Assembly: GCA_050952645.1 (NCBI GenBank)
Contig: JBMNLI010000011.1
Location: 1-49,692, forward strand
Length of the DNA: 49,692 nt
From: Bdellovibrionota bacterium
GTDB lineage: Bacteria; Bdellovibrionota_C; UBA2361; CAKMMH01
Direction of reading: 5' to 3'
How positions within the stretch are numbered: the first letter of the stretch is position 1; the number at the start of each line of letters is the position of its first letter. The notes beneath the pieces were generated by a model. The model did not search any database and was not told the DNA's origin. It was given only the letters and a program-made list of their open reading frames with translations. The position numbers and the translations under genes are program-made. Shown in pieces: positions 30,555 through 41,693 of this stretch.

Positions 30555-30817
30555 AATTTACACCTCTATAAATAAATATGAAAAATTGTGAATATGTGAA
30601 TGGGTAATGGATTTTTCCTTTATAGAACCGTTAAAAAAACTAGCATCCTCTACCCAAACAAAAATTGTCTATACTTCTAGCTTAAAGCTCGTAATATAAG
30701 CTAATATTATCAAATAACTTTTTTTCTTAGTCAATTATTATTAAGTAAATTATTAAAGGCGTGAACTATTTATAATATTTCTAAGTAAAAATATTTTATT
30801 AGAAAGAAAACAAAAAA

Positions 30818-30853
30818 ATGGGCAAAGAAGCTAGTTAAAACCTATTTGCCCAT
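30818..30853 (-). terminator. Probable intrinsic terminator
   Basis: ATGGGCAAA ... TTTGCCCAT with an adjacent A-run (U-tail on the minus strand). Confidence 0.55.
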
Positions 30854-30861
30854 GATGCCGT

Positions 30862-31650
30862 CTATAGCGACTTTTTACTAACGCTAATTAAACCGACAAT
30901 CTCCCCAGTTCTAGCTCGAACTGTGCTATAATTCTCGTCAAGCGAATTTCTCGCAAGATAAAGTGGTTTAAACTCACCGTTTCCTGCCTTTACGCAGTAA
31001 GCATCTGCGCTAAGAAAGAAGAAGTCTTCAGAGACCATATAAGCAAGGTACGCGACGTGTCCCTTACCTCTAGTTACCGTCTCTCTTAATTTTAGCGCTC
31101 TAACATCAATAAGGAGTTTAACATTAAACTCCCCTTTTGTGGTCGTAGTAATTATGCCATCTAAATAAGCTAAGTATTTAGATGATACATTTTCTAGATC
31201 ATTTATATCGATACGATCATCGCTAAAAAATTGAACTTGTTCTCCATTTAGAACGGGTGTTTGTCGCTCACACGAAAATGTAGTTTCAGGCGTTAAACCT
31301 TTAGGAGCAAGTAAAAAAAGTGGATTTTTGTCGAAAACAATTTTGTCAACTTTATCAAAATCCCATTTATTGTTTTTAATACTTGCCACAACATTTTTAA
31401 CGCTGTCTACATTGACTGGACTTTCTTCGCCGCCTGTAGAGAGTGTGGGATCTGCTTCTGACTCCCTAATGCTAGCAGGAATCACTGGCAACGTGGAGCC
31501 GTTCTCGTTAGAAAGAATCATAGAGCGGTCAGTAACATCATCGCCATTAACGCCTTCACTGCCAAGACAGTAACAATACAAAAAAAGAGCCAAAAAAGCT
31601 CCAAGTAAAAACGTAAAAAACGCACGACCAAGTTTCATTTTGTTCTCCAT
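30862..31650 (-). CDS. Secreted or membrane-anchored hypothetical protein (paralog family member 2)
   Basis: Likely start at MENKMKLGR before the hydrophobic segment (ORF track extends to 31722); C-terminal GEIVGLIS motif. Confidence 0.7.
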   Translation of the reverse strand: MENKMKLGRAFFTFLLGAFLALFLYCYCLGSEGVNGDDVTDRSMILSNENGSTLPVIPASIRESEADPTLSTGGEESPVNVDSVKNVVASIKNNKWDFDKVDKIVFDKNPLFLLAPKGLTPETTFSCERQTPVLNGEQVQFFSDDRIDINDLENVSSKYLAYLDGIITTTTKGEFNVKLLIDVRALKLRETVTRGKGHVAYLAYMVSEDFFFLSADAYCVKAGNGEFKPLYLARNSLDENYSTVRARTGEIVGLISVSKKSL

Positions 31651-32085
31651 TTCATATAAATGTGTCTTACGTGCCTTTTGTAATAAAAACATCTTTTTGC
31701 AGTTTTTAAAAACAATTCTCATTCAAATTAACTAATAAAATTTTAGCAAAAAATGAACTTAAATTATTTTTACAAACTGCAAAATAAAAACCTTAAATTA
31801 GCTTTTTATGCCATTATTATATTATATATTAAAGTTCTTTATTGTAAAAATAAAGCACTAATACAAGATTTTATTTTCTTATTTTATAAAAAATTAGTCA
31901 AATTTACTTCAAATTAGCTTAATGTATATTTTAAAGGTGGATTTAAAAAAAAACACAGCGCACCTTACGTTTAATGTAATATTTATTAAACAAAGGCGCG
32001 CGCGTTATATGGATTAACCTTGATTTAGGCTATACCACCTTGCATAAATCATTTTTAGGTTCCTACAATGTGGCACTTAAGCTAC

Positions 32086-33468
32086 TTACAGCAGAACTAT
32101 AGACCCTACTTGCCTAAGTGCAGGATAAGGCTTACCTAAAGAAACCATTCCAATTGGAGTTCTTGTTTTCTCTTTATCATCAGACAAAAACATCAAATGA
32201 AAACCATAGTCACGGTTGCTTCTTGAACCAGTTCTGTAGATACCAGTTTTTTTAAGGTCGATACTTCCTTCTTCACCTGTAGAATTAACTACAAGATATT
32301 TAGAAATAACTTTCGGAAACTTTTTTATATCCAAAAAATTATCGACCTCGATAAATTTTAAGGGAATAATCATTTTTCCCCATTGGACAACGGAGCCATA
32401 ACTAACGTAAAACTCAAAGTATCCAAATCCTTCACCACTATCTACCATCTCGCAAATTTCACTTAACGGCAACGGCACTACTTCTAATGGAAAATATTTA
32501 TTATTCCATTTTACATAGTCGTTATAAATTTTTATATCGGCAACGTTAGCATCATTGTCGATATTTAGTGGCACAAAGGAATCTTTTACGATATTTATGA
32601 AAAATGGCGAACGAAACTCCTGCAGTTCATCGGCACTAAGAGAATTATAAAACTCTTTAACGCTTTCAAGACTTTCTTTTTTTGCAAAAGCAGTCTCCAT
32701 AGAAGAAATCCTATAAGGAGCTAATCCAACTTTACCGATCATCTCTCCTTTCTTTGCGATTATTTCTCCATTTTCATAAGTCCCTTGTGCAACGACTAAG
32801 GGATGAAAACCAGACTTCACTTTAGAGTTTGTTTTCCCTAAGTTTTTACTAGCTTGAAAATCGATTTTTTCAAACTCTCTCGGAGCGTAGAGCATAAAAG
32901 GATTAGAGACGACGTGGGGCAGTTTTTTAATGTTTAAATTCTCGTCGATTTCAAGAAAACGAGATTTAACGAGCATAACCACCTCGGTCTCCGTATCTCC
33001 TACTAGATGCAATATCGCTCTAAAGAAAAGATAGCTATCTTCATTAGCCTTAATGAAGTCGCTAAGCGTTTTTGCAGAAAGCTTGTTTCGGGGAATATCT
33101 ACAAGCTTATTGTTTACAACAAGCTTACAGCAACTCCTAATATAGCTAACATCATTAGGATCAATAGTTTTAAGGTTAATCACATCACCTACGATCCTAA
33201 TACTAGTGATAGTTTCGTAAGAATATGAAACTTGAAAATTACTTTTCAACGTCTGCACTTCAGCATCGAAACCATCGAGAACAGGCTCCGCAAAATTTTG
33301 CTCATTTCCAACGGATTCAACAATTTTCCAGTTAATCGCGTTTTCGTAAGCACTTCGGTTAGTAGCGTTTTCTTCTTTGCTTTGTGCAAACACATTTGCC
33401 GTCAAAGCAAAAAATGCCATAAATAATATGGCTCGTACTACTTTTAAGTAGCGTTTTTCAAACATCAT
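32086..33468 (-). CDS. Secreted hypothetical protein with internal duplication (paralog family member 3)
   Basis: Signal peptide VFA/Q; two repeats FLEIDENLNIKKLPHVVS and FIEVDNFLDIKKFPKVIS. Confidence 0.78.
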   Translation of the reverse strand: MMFEKRYLKVVRAILFMAFFALTANVFAQSKEENATNRSAYENAINWKIVESVGNEQNFAEPVLDGFDAEVQTLKSNFQVSYSYETITSIRIVGDVINLKTIDPNDVSYIRSCCKLVVNNKLVDIPRNKLSAKTLSDFIKANEDSYLFFRAILHLVGDTETEVVMLVKSRFLEIDENLNIKKLPHVVSNPFMLYAPREFEKIDFQASKNLGKTNSKVKSGFHPLVVAQGTYENGEIIAKKGEMIGKVGLAPYRISSMETAFAKKESLESVKEFYNSLSADELQEFRSPFFINIVKDSFVPLNIDNDANVADIKIYNDYVKWNNKYFPLEVVPLPLSEICEMVDSGEGFGYFEFYVSYGSVVQWGKMIIPLKFIEVDNFLDIKKFPKVISKYLVVNSTGEEGSIDLKKTGIYRTGSRSNRDYGFHLMFLSDDKEKTRTPIGMVSLGKPYPALRQVGSIVLL

Positions 33469-33781
33469 ACTTTTCCTTTCTACGGAAAATTATTGTAAGA
33501 AATTTATCACTTTAGATTTTCATCTTCTGTGATTGATAAGGCTAAACTGACCACGTCAGTTTTTAAAAACCTACAACGACTAATGATCCTAAAAAAATTA
33601 AATTTAGTCAACTCTTTCACACGTTATTAGTTATTATTAGTCGTTATTAGTCATTTTTCGTATTATTAACATTATTAGCAATTATTAGCTAATAATCCTT
33701 AAATATTAAAATAGCTTAACAATTTTATATAAAAATTTTTCTAGGTATTCATTAACAACATTTAATATTATATTAAAGTAT

Positions 33782-35215
33782 ATGATAAAATATTTAAAAC
33801 ATAACTACATTAAGAATAATTTTAAAATAGAAGATAAAAAAATTTTTATATTAAAAATAATGATTTTTATTTTTTTATCACTAATTATTTACCATACATT
33901 CGATTGGGTATATCACAAATTTTATAATGATAATAAAATAGAAATGGCAAATGGAGGTACGAAAGGTGGCGACTATCTAGCTTTCTACACTGGAGGAGTG
34001 CTATATAAAACTAACAAAAAAGAACTTTATAACTTAGATATTCAAAAAAATATTCAAGATAATATTTTGCAAAAAGGAAATAATAGTAAAGAAAATATTA
34101 AAGAAAACAACAAAAAAAATAATATAAAAAATAGCAAAGAAGAAAATAGTCAAAAAGAAAACAGCAAAGAAGAAAACTGTCAAGAAGAAAATAGTCAAAG
34201 AGTAAAACTCCCCTACATTTATCCCCCAATCGTTGCTTATATTTTTTCTTATTTAGCAAATTTTAGTTTTCTAAACTCTCTTTATTTTTATCTTGCTTTT
34301 ATCATTATATTTACGCTATTAGTAATTTTTATCTTTCAAAAACTTGTTATCAAACAAATTTCATCTTCACCTAATACTTTTACAACACTTTTATTATTGT
34401 TAGGATACATTCCTTTTATTATGAATTGCGTGTTTGGAGGACAACTAGCCTACTTTGGTCTAACGATCTGCGTCCTAGCATTTTATGCGATATATAAAAG
34501 AAATGATTTTTTATTAGGTATAGTCTTATCTCTTGCTTATTATAAACCACCTCTTTTTTTACTTTTCGTTATTTATGCACTAATTAGAAAAGGTAAAAAA
34601 TTCTTTTTAGGATTTTCTTTAGGATGCGTATTGCTTATTTTTATTACACTACTGCTAATAGGCCATGCATCTTTTATCGATTATTTCAGCTTAGCTTCGG
34701 GATATACTTACGGACAAAAGTTTGGAAACAAAATATCTCTCCCTGTGGCTCAAGGAGCTGGTGTGTTTGGCTTGCTAGCAACTATTATTTCTGGAAAATA
34801 CGCTCTTTATAGCTACCCTATCTTTATTTTTATTACAATTCTTTTTGCATATAAAAATAAAACTTCTAACTGCATAAAAAAAGAATATATAAATAATAAT
34901 ATAAATAATGATATGATTTTAGAACTATTTGAATATAGCATCATATTTATTTTAAGCGTTGGAGCGTCTTTACAATGTATAAGATACGATTTAACAATAT
35001 TATTCCCGAGCTTTTTAATTTTACTATCTTTAAATAAATATATAAAAAACGATATTAAATATATTTTATATTTCGGTATCGCTCTTTTTTATATAGAATT
35101 TATGTTTAGAGAAATTCATATATTTAATTTAACTATAAATTTATCATCGTGTATATTTTTTATTTTTTTAATCCCATTTATTTTTACTAAAAAGAAAGAG
35201 TGTAATGCAAAGTAA
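33782..35215 (+). CDS. GT-C membrane glycosyltransferase (family 87-like)
   Basis: GDYLAFYTGG, PYIYPP, GGQ and YKP motifs; many TM helices. Confidence 0.8.
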   Translation: MIKYLKHNYIKNNFKIEDKKIFILKIMIFIFLSLIIYHTFDWVYHKFYNDNKIEMANGGTKGGDYLAFYTGGVLYKTNKKELYNLDIQKNIQDNILQKGNNSKENIKENNKKNNIKNSKEENSQKENSKEENCQEENSQRVKLPYIYPPIVAYIFSYLANFSFLNSLYFYLAFIIIFTLLVIFIFQKLVIKQISSSPNTFTTLLLLLGYIPFIMNCVFGGQLAYFGLTICVLAFYAIYKRNDFLLGIVLSLAYYKPPLFLLFVIYALIRKGKKFFLGFSLGCVLLIFITLLLIGHASFIDYFSLASGYTYGQKFGNKISLPVAQGAGVFGLLATIISGKYALYSYPIFIFITILFAYKNKTSNCIKKEYINNNINNDMILELFEYSIIFILSVGASLQCIRYDLTILFPSFLILLSLNKYIKNDIKYILYFGIALFYIEFMFREIHIFNLTINLSSCIFFIFLIPFIFTKKKECNAK

Positions 35216-36134
35216 AACTACGCTATCTATAGTGCTTCCTTGTAAAAATGAAGCTAAATCTTTAGAAACTATAACTAACAGAATTATTATTATTGCAAAC
35301 GACCTAGATGTAAATTTAGAATTACTTATTATCGATGATGGTTCAAGCGATGAAACTTGGGAAATTATAAAATCTCTAAAAAATCGGCACAAATGTATAA
35401 GAGGCCTAAAGTTTTACAAAAATTTTGGAAAAGAAGCCGCTATTTATGCAGGATTATCACACGCAACGGGAGATGCTTTAATTTTAATGGATGCAGATTT
35501 AGAACACCCTACGGACTTAATAAAAGATATGTATAAATTATGGAGTGAAAAAAATTTATCTACCGTTTTGTGCGTAAAGAAAAATACTAACAGAAACTCT
35601 TTATTAAAAGATTTTGGAGCGTATATTACTTATAAATTATTAAGAATTTTGTCGCATATTGACTTAAAAAATAGCTCTGATTTTATGTTACTAGATAAAA
35701 AAATATATAAGCAATTATCATCTTTAAAAGAGTATAATACATTTTTTAGAGGACAAGTCGCTTGGTATTTTGGTAAAGAAAAAGAAATACTATACTTTAC
35801 GCCTGAAACACAAAAGCAAAGAAAATCGAATTGGAATATTTTAAAACTACTAGAGTTAAGCTTAGATGCAATTATTAGCTTTACTATCATTCCTCTTCGT
35901 GTTTTAAGTTTTATAGGAATAGTTTTTATTTTATGTTCGCTACTTCTAATAGCACAAACTTTAATTATGTTTTTTCTAGGCAAATCATTAGAAGGTTTTA
36001 CTACTGTTATAACTCTCATTTTACTTATGGGAGGATTTATTATTTTAGGTATTGGAATAATAGGAGAATATGTCGGAAAAATTTATGAAGAGGTAAAGGA
36101 AAGACCAAAATATTTAATAAAAGAGGAAATTTAA
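35205..36134 (+). CDS. GT2 polyprenyl-phosphate glycosyltransferase (GtrB/YkcC-like)
   Basis: PCKNE, DDGSSD, NFGKEAA, MDADLEHP, two C-terminal TM helices and GEYVGKIYEEVKERP. Confidence 0.9.
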   Translation: MQSKTTLSIVLPCKNEAKSLETITNRIIIIANDLDVNLELLIIDDGSSDETWEIIKSLKNRHKCIRGLKFYKNFGKEAAIYAGLSHATGDALILMDADLEHPTDLIKDMYKLWSEKNLSTVLCVKKNTNRNSLLKDFGAYITYKLLRILSHIDLKNSSDFMLLDKKIYKQLSSLKEYNTFFRGQVAWYFGKEKEILYFTPETQKQRKSNWNILKLLELSLDAIISFTIIPLRVLSFIGIVFILCSLLLIAQTLIMFFLGKSLEGFTTVITLILLMGGFIILGIGIIGEYVGKIYEEVKERPKYLIKEEI

Positions 36135-36230
36135 TAAGAAATTATAATACTAAATTATATAAAACACGATAACGCTAAAAATTATCCTCATAAAATTTTG
36201 ATCGTTTTTTTAACTCATTATTTAAATTTT

Positions 36231-37271
36231 TTATTCTGCTACTATTATTCCACCTCCTAACACCTCTCCATCTTCCTTATAAAAACTTGCTAGCTGCCCC
36301 TTAGTAGCTGAAAAAACTGAAGATAAAAATTCTATCTCGCCAAAGTTTTCATTATCTAATTTTTTTATAAAGGCTTTTTCGCCTTTATGGTTATAGCGAA
36401 TCTTACAAATAAAACTCTCCCCTATCTCTAGTGGTTTTGTTATCCAATTTATATTTTTTACTTTTATGTTTGATGAAAATACGTCTTCTTTTTTAGAAAC
36501 TATAACATCGCATGTATTAGGATTAATAGACTTTACATATAAGGGCGTTTTAGCAGAAACTCCTAAGCCTTTTCTTTGTCCTACGGTATATAAGTAATAC
36601 CCTTGGTGCTTTTTTAAAATATTTCCCGATGTGTCTATAATATTTCCTTTATAATCATCTTTTTTGTAAAACTGTTCAATTATTTTATAATGTTCTCCTT
36701 TAGATGCAAAGCATAAATCTTGACTTTCTACACTAGTGTTTATAGGAAGATTTTCATTTTGAATTATCTCCCTCACGTCCTCTTTACTTATAGATGATAA
36801 TGGAAAAAGTGTTTTAGAAAGAATGGACTGATTAAGCAAAGAAAGAAAATAAGATTGATCTTTTTTTTCATCGTCTGCTTTATAAAGATGAAATACCCCA
36901 TCTAAGGATTTAACTATCTTAGCGTAATGACCAGTAGCAATATAATCTGCTCCTAACTCTAAAGCTTTTTTAAACATCACTCCAAACTTAATTTTTTTAT
37001 TACAAAGAACACATGGCGTAGGCGTTTCTCCGTTTATATAACTTTTAGCAAAATACTCTATAATTTCCTTTGAAAATATTTTAGAAATATCGACAATATA
37101 ATGCTTAATGCCTAAAGCGTTAGCTACATTTTTAGATTTTTCTACTAGCTCATCTTTTCCACAAGGCGACATTATCGCAGTAAGAGCAAAAACCTCGTAT
37201 CGCTTTTTTAAAAAACTAGCAGCTATTGCGCTATCCATTCCTCCGCTTAAAAATATTGCTACTTTTTGCAT
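36231..37271 (-). CDS. mnmA: tRNA-specific 2-thiouridylase MnmA
   Basis: SGGMDS, TPTPCVLCN, ATGHYA, KDQSYFL and ESQDLCF. Confidence 0.95.
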   Translation of the reverse strand: MQKVAIFLSGGMDSAIAASFLKKRYEVFALTAIMSPCGKDELVEKSKNVANALGIKHYIVDISKIFSKEIIEYFAKSYINGETPTPCVLCNKKIKFGVMFKKALELGADYIATGHYAKIVKSLDGVFHLYKADDEKKDQSYFLSLLNQSILSKTLFPLSSISKEDVREIIQNENLPINTSVESQDLCFASKGEHYKIIEQFYKKDDYKGNIIDTSGNILKKHQGYYLYTVGQRKGLGVSAKTPLYVKSINPNTCDVIVSKKEDVFSSNIKVKNINWITKPLEIGESFICKIRYNHKGEKAFIKKLDNENFGEIEFLSSVFSATKGQLASFYKEDGEVLGGGIIVAE

Positions 37272-37424
37272 ATAAATTAATATTTCCTTTTTTTACGATT
37301 TACTAAAGTTTTATAAGCAACTTATATATTAAAGAACTTACCTAAATAATATAGCAAAAATATTGTTTTTAAAGTAGAATGGGAAAAATAATTTTAGCTA
37401 AAATATAATTTAAAGGGTACTAGT

Positions 37425-37952
37425 ATGAAATTAAAGATTTTCTTATTTGGACTTTTATGTAGTCTATTTTCACTCGTTTCTTGTGGAAACGATGATGATA
37501 ACTGGTGGGATGATGGCAGTAGAGACGTAACGTTTGTTAAAGTAAATGCGCAAAAGGCTAACGTTGGCGATATAATTCATGTTGATACTTATTTTGAAAC
37601 TTCAATTTCTGCAGGATACCCTAAAGATTTAGAACTCGTTATAAGGCTAGACCCTGAACTGCAATATATGAACGGCTCTTCTACACTTTATATTGAAGGA
37701 AATGGGCATAGACGCTCACCAGATTATATACGAACTTGCGATGATGGCGTCGTATATTTATGGTATTCTTTAGATAATGATGATGACTTAAGATACTACA
37801 CGGGAGATAAAAAATTTAATATGCGTTTCAATGTAGTTGCTACCGCAAAGGCCGACATGGCAAAAGTGCAAGCTCAAGCAAATAAAAATGCTAATTATAG
37901 TTGCCACGAGGAGTTTATATTTGAAGAAGAAGATGCGGTAATTATTAAGTAG
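37425..37952 (+). CDS. Hypothetical lipoprotein
   Basis: Lipobox LVSC; beta-rich mature part. Confidence 0.75.
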   Translation: MKLKIFLFGLLCSLFSLVSCGNDDDNWWDDGSRDVTFVKVNAQKANVGDIIHVDTYFETSISAGYPKDLELVIRLDPELQYMNGSSTLYIEGNGHRRSPDYIRTCDDGVVYLWYSLDNDDDLRYYTGDKKFNMRFNVVATAKADMAKVQAQANKNANYSCHEEFIFEEEDAVIIK

Positions 37953-38110
37953 TAAGTAAAAAATATAAATTTAAAATAAGAGTCTGTTTTAAGAAAACTT
38001 TATTTATACTTAGGATTTATACTGTTAAATTTTATACTTTAAAATTTTATATTTTAAAAAAAATTATTAACTTCTTTTTATTTTATTTTCTTTAGTTAGT
38101 TTTATAAATT

Positions 38111-39583
38111 ATGGTATTTAGTTCTTTTTTCTTTTTATATTTTTTTCTTCCTCTTTGTCTGCTTTCGTATTTTATTATTCCTAATAAATTTAAAAACATC
38201 ACTCTTTTAATTTGGAGTTTAATATTTTATGCTTGGGGAGCTTTTAATTTCTTCCCCATTTTTCTAGCGAGTATGCTAGTAGATTTCGTTATAGCGCAAG
38301 TTATTTTTAACTCTAAAGATACGATAAAAATTAAAAGTTTTTCAATAGAAAAAAGAAGATTTTGGCTTATAATCTCAGTCATTTTAAATATTTTCTTACT
38401 TGGATATTATAAGTATTCAAATTTTCTAGTTAATGAGATTAACCAAATTTTAACTATATTAAATATTAAAAATATACCTTGGAAAAATATTGTCTTACCT
38501 ATAGGTATCTCATTTATTACATTTCAAAAAATTAGCTATTTAGTAGATGTTTATAGAAAGACCGTGAAGCCTGCTAGTAATTTTTTAAACTATCTTCTTT
38601 ACATTTCTTTCTTTCCGCCTCTTATCGCTGGGCCTATCGTTAGATATAAAGACATTGAAAAGCAAATAGAAAAAAGAAAAATTATACTAAGTAATATTTG
38701 GAAAGGAACTACAAGATTTTGCACTGGACTAGCTAAAAAAGTTTTAATCGCAGACACTCTCGGAGCAGTAGTTTCAAATGTCGATAAATTAGGGGCGGAC
38801 TCTATAACGGCAGGCTATGCTTGGCTTGGAATTACTTGTTATAGCTTACAGCTATATTTTGATTTTTCTGGTTATTCAGATATGGCAATAGGGCTTGCAA
38901 AAGTTTTTGGTTTTAATTTATTAGAAAACTTTAATAAGCCTTACGCTTCACAGACGTTTACGGAGTTTTGGAGAAGGTGGCATATTTCATTACAAAGATT
39001 TATGAAAGACTATGTTTATATTCCCCTTGGAGGAAATAGGGTATCTAAAATTAGAAGCTATATAAACTTATGGATAGTTTTTTTAATTTCCGGTTTTTGG
39101 CATGGTGCAAATTGGACCTTTATTGCTTGGGGAGCATACCACGGACTATTTTTAACTATTGATAAAATGGGCTGGTATAAAAAATCAAATATCATTGGCA
39201 AAACTTTTTTAGGGAAAGTTTTTAACACTTTTCTTGCCATATTTTTTATACAAATAGGGTGGGTTTTATTTAAAAGTAAAAATATAAAAGAGGCCTTTAA
39301 TTATATAGGATATATGTTTAACTTTTTTAAAACACCTACCATATACCCTATTCAAGCTAGGATTATTCATAGTGAAGCCGTAGTTGTTTTAATAATAGCT
39401 ATCGCAATTATTTTATCTCATATTTTATTTACTGAAAGTAAATTTAGAAAAAACAGACTTAAAAAATTATTATTTTTAAGAAATCGAGTAGTGCAATTTA
39501 CTTACTCTATAATTATTTTAATTATATGCACTACTTTTCTTTGTGCTACAAATTTTAGCCCTTTTATATACTTTCAATTTTAG
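38111..39583 (+). CDS. MBOAT O-acyltransferase (AlgI/DltB family)
   Basis: LPIGISF, GPIVR, YFDFSGYSDMA, FWRRWHIS and GFWHGA. Confidence 0.95.
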   Translation: MVFSSFFFLYFFLPLCLLSYFIIPNKFKNITLLIWSLIFYAWGAFNFFPIFLASMLVDFVIAQVIFNSKDTIKIKSFSIEKRRFWLIISVILNIFLLGYYKYSNFLVNEINQILTILNIKNIPWKNIVLPIGISFITFQKISYLVDVYRKTVKPASNFLNYLLYISFFPPLIAGPIVRYKDIEKQIEKRKIILSNIWKGTTRFCTGLAKKVLIADTLGAVVSNVDKLGADSITAGYAWLGITCYSLQLYFDFSGYSDMAIGLAKVFGFNLLENFNKPYASQTFTEFWRRWHISLQRFMKDYVYIPLGGNRVSKIRSYINLWIVFLISGFWHGANWTFIAWGAYHGLFLTIDKMGWYKKSNIIGKTFLGKVFNTFLAIFFIQIGWVLFKSKNIKEAFNYIGYMFNFFKTPTIYPIQARIIHSEAVVVLIIAIAIILSHILFTESKFRKNRLKKLLFLRNRVVQFTYSIIILIICTTFLCATNFSPFIYFQF

Positions 39584-39609
39584 GATTAAAGATATTTAGT
39601 AAAAAGATT

Positions 39610-40926
39610 ATGATTATAAAAAAATTTATAAACAACAAAATAACATTAGAATTTATATTACTTATTGTAATATTTTTATTTTTATTTATTCCACTTTTTT
39701 TCTTTAAATTTAAAGTTATAGAACCTACAAAATTAGTTGGCATTAATAATCTTACTACTAGAAAAAAACTAACGTTAAGTAATCTATCTAACGAAACTTT
39801 TCAAAAAAGCTTTGAAAATTATTTTATGAAATCAAACCCTCTTTGGAGCCATTTAGTAAAAGTTAATAATCAAATTAGTTATAGTTTTTTTAATCAAATT
39901 ACTTTTAGCTATGGGCCTCAAGTGTTCGTTGGTCTCGACGGTAGTCTCCTTCAACCGATGTATATAAACTCTTTTAATAGGCAGTATACCCCGAAAGATT
40001 CTATTCTTATAACGAAAGTAAATAAATTAACTAGGCTAAAAAATTTATTAGATAAGAAAGGGGTAAAATTATTAGTTGTAGCTAATACTAATAATCTAGT
40101 TTTATACCCTGAAAATGTTCCTAGTAATTTTTTAGACCCCACAAGGTTTGAGAGGAAAAATAGCTATGAGATAATTAAGGAATATTTAACTATGCAAAAT
40201 ATTCCTTTTGTTGATAATCATCAATTTTTAGTGGAATGGAAAAGTAAGGTTGATTATAAATTTTTTGAGCCGACAGGTTCTCATTTAAATGATGTTGGAG
40301 TTTGCCTTGCGACGAATAATTTATTAAGAGCCATACAAAAAGAGCTTCCTAATAAAAATATAAAAAATTTTGAATGTTTTCCAGTAAAAAAAGAGTTTCC
40401 GCCTAGAAAGGAAGATGTAGATTTATTAGATGTTTCTAACCTTTTATTTCCTAATGCTTTATTAAGGGCTGGCACTTATTCCCCTAAGCCTAAAAAACTT
40501 TATAAGGAAGCACCACTTAGAATATTATTTGTAGGAACTAGTTTTAATTTTGCTACGCAGGCAGCACTTAAAAAAAGAAATATTGCCAATTCAAAATTAT
40601 ATTTTTATTACAGAACGCTTAGAACTGATGATGGCGTTTTTCATCCTTTTGATAAGAGAAAAATCGATTGGGAGAATGATATATTTAAAAATGATATAAT
40701 AATATTAGAAAGTAATTATTCAGGACTTGGGGGGATAGGATATAATTTTTTAACCGATGCTATAAAAATTTTAAAGAAAGAATTATTTACTACTGAAGCA
40801 AAGCTTAAGGCTTGGCAAAATGAAATATCTCCACTTTTAATAAGACACGAAAGAAGAAATAAAAATAAGGATGATAAAGAGCAAAGCAAGGAAAATAGCG
40901 AGTTTAATCCATTCTTAACGTTTTAA
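39610..40926 (+). CDS. AlgJ/AlgX-like SGNH O-acetyltransferase
   Basis: Follows the MBOAT gene; N-terminal TM helix, GLDGSL, TGSHLN and VGTSF motifs. Confidence 0.75.
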   Translation: MIIKKFINNKITLEFILLIVIFLFLFIPLFFFKFKVIEPTKLVGINNLTTRKKLTLSNLSNETFQKSFENYFMKSNPLWSHLVKVNNQISYSFFNQITFSYGPQVFVGLDGSLLQPMYINSFNRQYTPKDSILITKVNKLTRLKNLLDKKGVKLLVVANTNNLVLYPENVPSNFLDPTRFERKNSYEIIKEYLTMQNIPFVDNHQFLVEWKSKVDYKFFEPTGSHLNDVGVCLATNNLLRAIQKELPNKNIKNFECFPVKKEFPPRKEDVDLLDVSNLLFPNALLRAGTYSPKPKKLYKEAPLRILFVGTSFNFATQAALKKRNIANSKLYFYYRTLRTDDGVFHPFDKRKIDWENDIFKNDIIILESNYSGLGGIGYNFLTDAIKILKKELFTTEAKLKAWQNEISPLLIRHERRNKNKDDKEQSKENSEFNPFLTF

Positions 40927-41000
40927 GGTGGCTTATAAAAAATTATTTTATTAGTTTAAATCACCTTTAAACTTAAAAGAGTTATTTTTTATGCTTTTTT

Positions 41001-41693
41001 TTAGGTAATAATTTTTTTTGGGAATCCTAATTCTTCTATAATATCACGCAACTCCTCAAGGTCTACACCGTGCTTTTTAGCAAATGAGCGTATCTCTTTA
41101 GCTTTGTCATTACTCACATAGGCTTCATTTTTAAGATAGTACTTTAAAGCTCCTTGTAATTTTTTAGCTATTTCTTTTACATCTCCTAATTTATGCTCTT
41201 TTATAAAAGATAAAATTTTATCGGCGTCATCTCTAGTAGATACTAATCCGCATCTTAAATCTCTTACACCAAACATCACTAGGTCATCTATAAAATTATT
41301 TTCTTTAATTATATCTACTAATGTACTTTCTAGCCCTAGTGGTTTTGCTAGTAAAGTAAAGTTATACAATGTGATTCTAGTTTAATCCTCGTTAAATCCA
41401 AATCCATTCTCAAATATTTTTTTAATTACCTTTTCATATGCAGTTAGAAATTCTTCATTGCTAAAAAATTTCAGTGCATTAGCTAGTATCTCTTGCTCTT
41501 CTAGAAAAGAATATAAGGTTCTTAGATATGAAAGACTTTCTAAAAACTTTTTAGCCTTAGTTCTATCTGTAATTCCATTTATAAAATCATCAAATGTTAT
41601 TGTGGGTTTTGTAATTCAGTACTTTGAAAGATCAACTGTATTTCCCTCTTATTGTCGTGGTGTCTCTACTCCATTTTGTGTAACTTCCATCAT
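41001..41693 (-). pseudogene. Hypothetical gene interrupted by three in-frame stops
   Basis: AAGGAGG RBS then ATG at 41693; a single 231-codon frame with TAA (41649-51), TGA (41616-18) and TAA (41382-84); the 41001..41369 ORF is its 3' part. Confidence 0.7.

Noticed and set aside
27948..33468. tRNA-integrated genomic island or prophage
   Set aside because: The recombinase is at the tRNA 5' side, no duplicated att was seen, and there are no phage or conjugation genes.
41001..41693. Stop-codon reassignment or selenocysteine readthrough
   Set aside because: The stops are mixed (TAA, TGA, TAA), TAA terminates many genes here, and an intact RF2 with its TGA-dependent frameshift is present.
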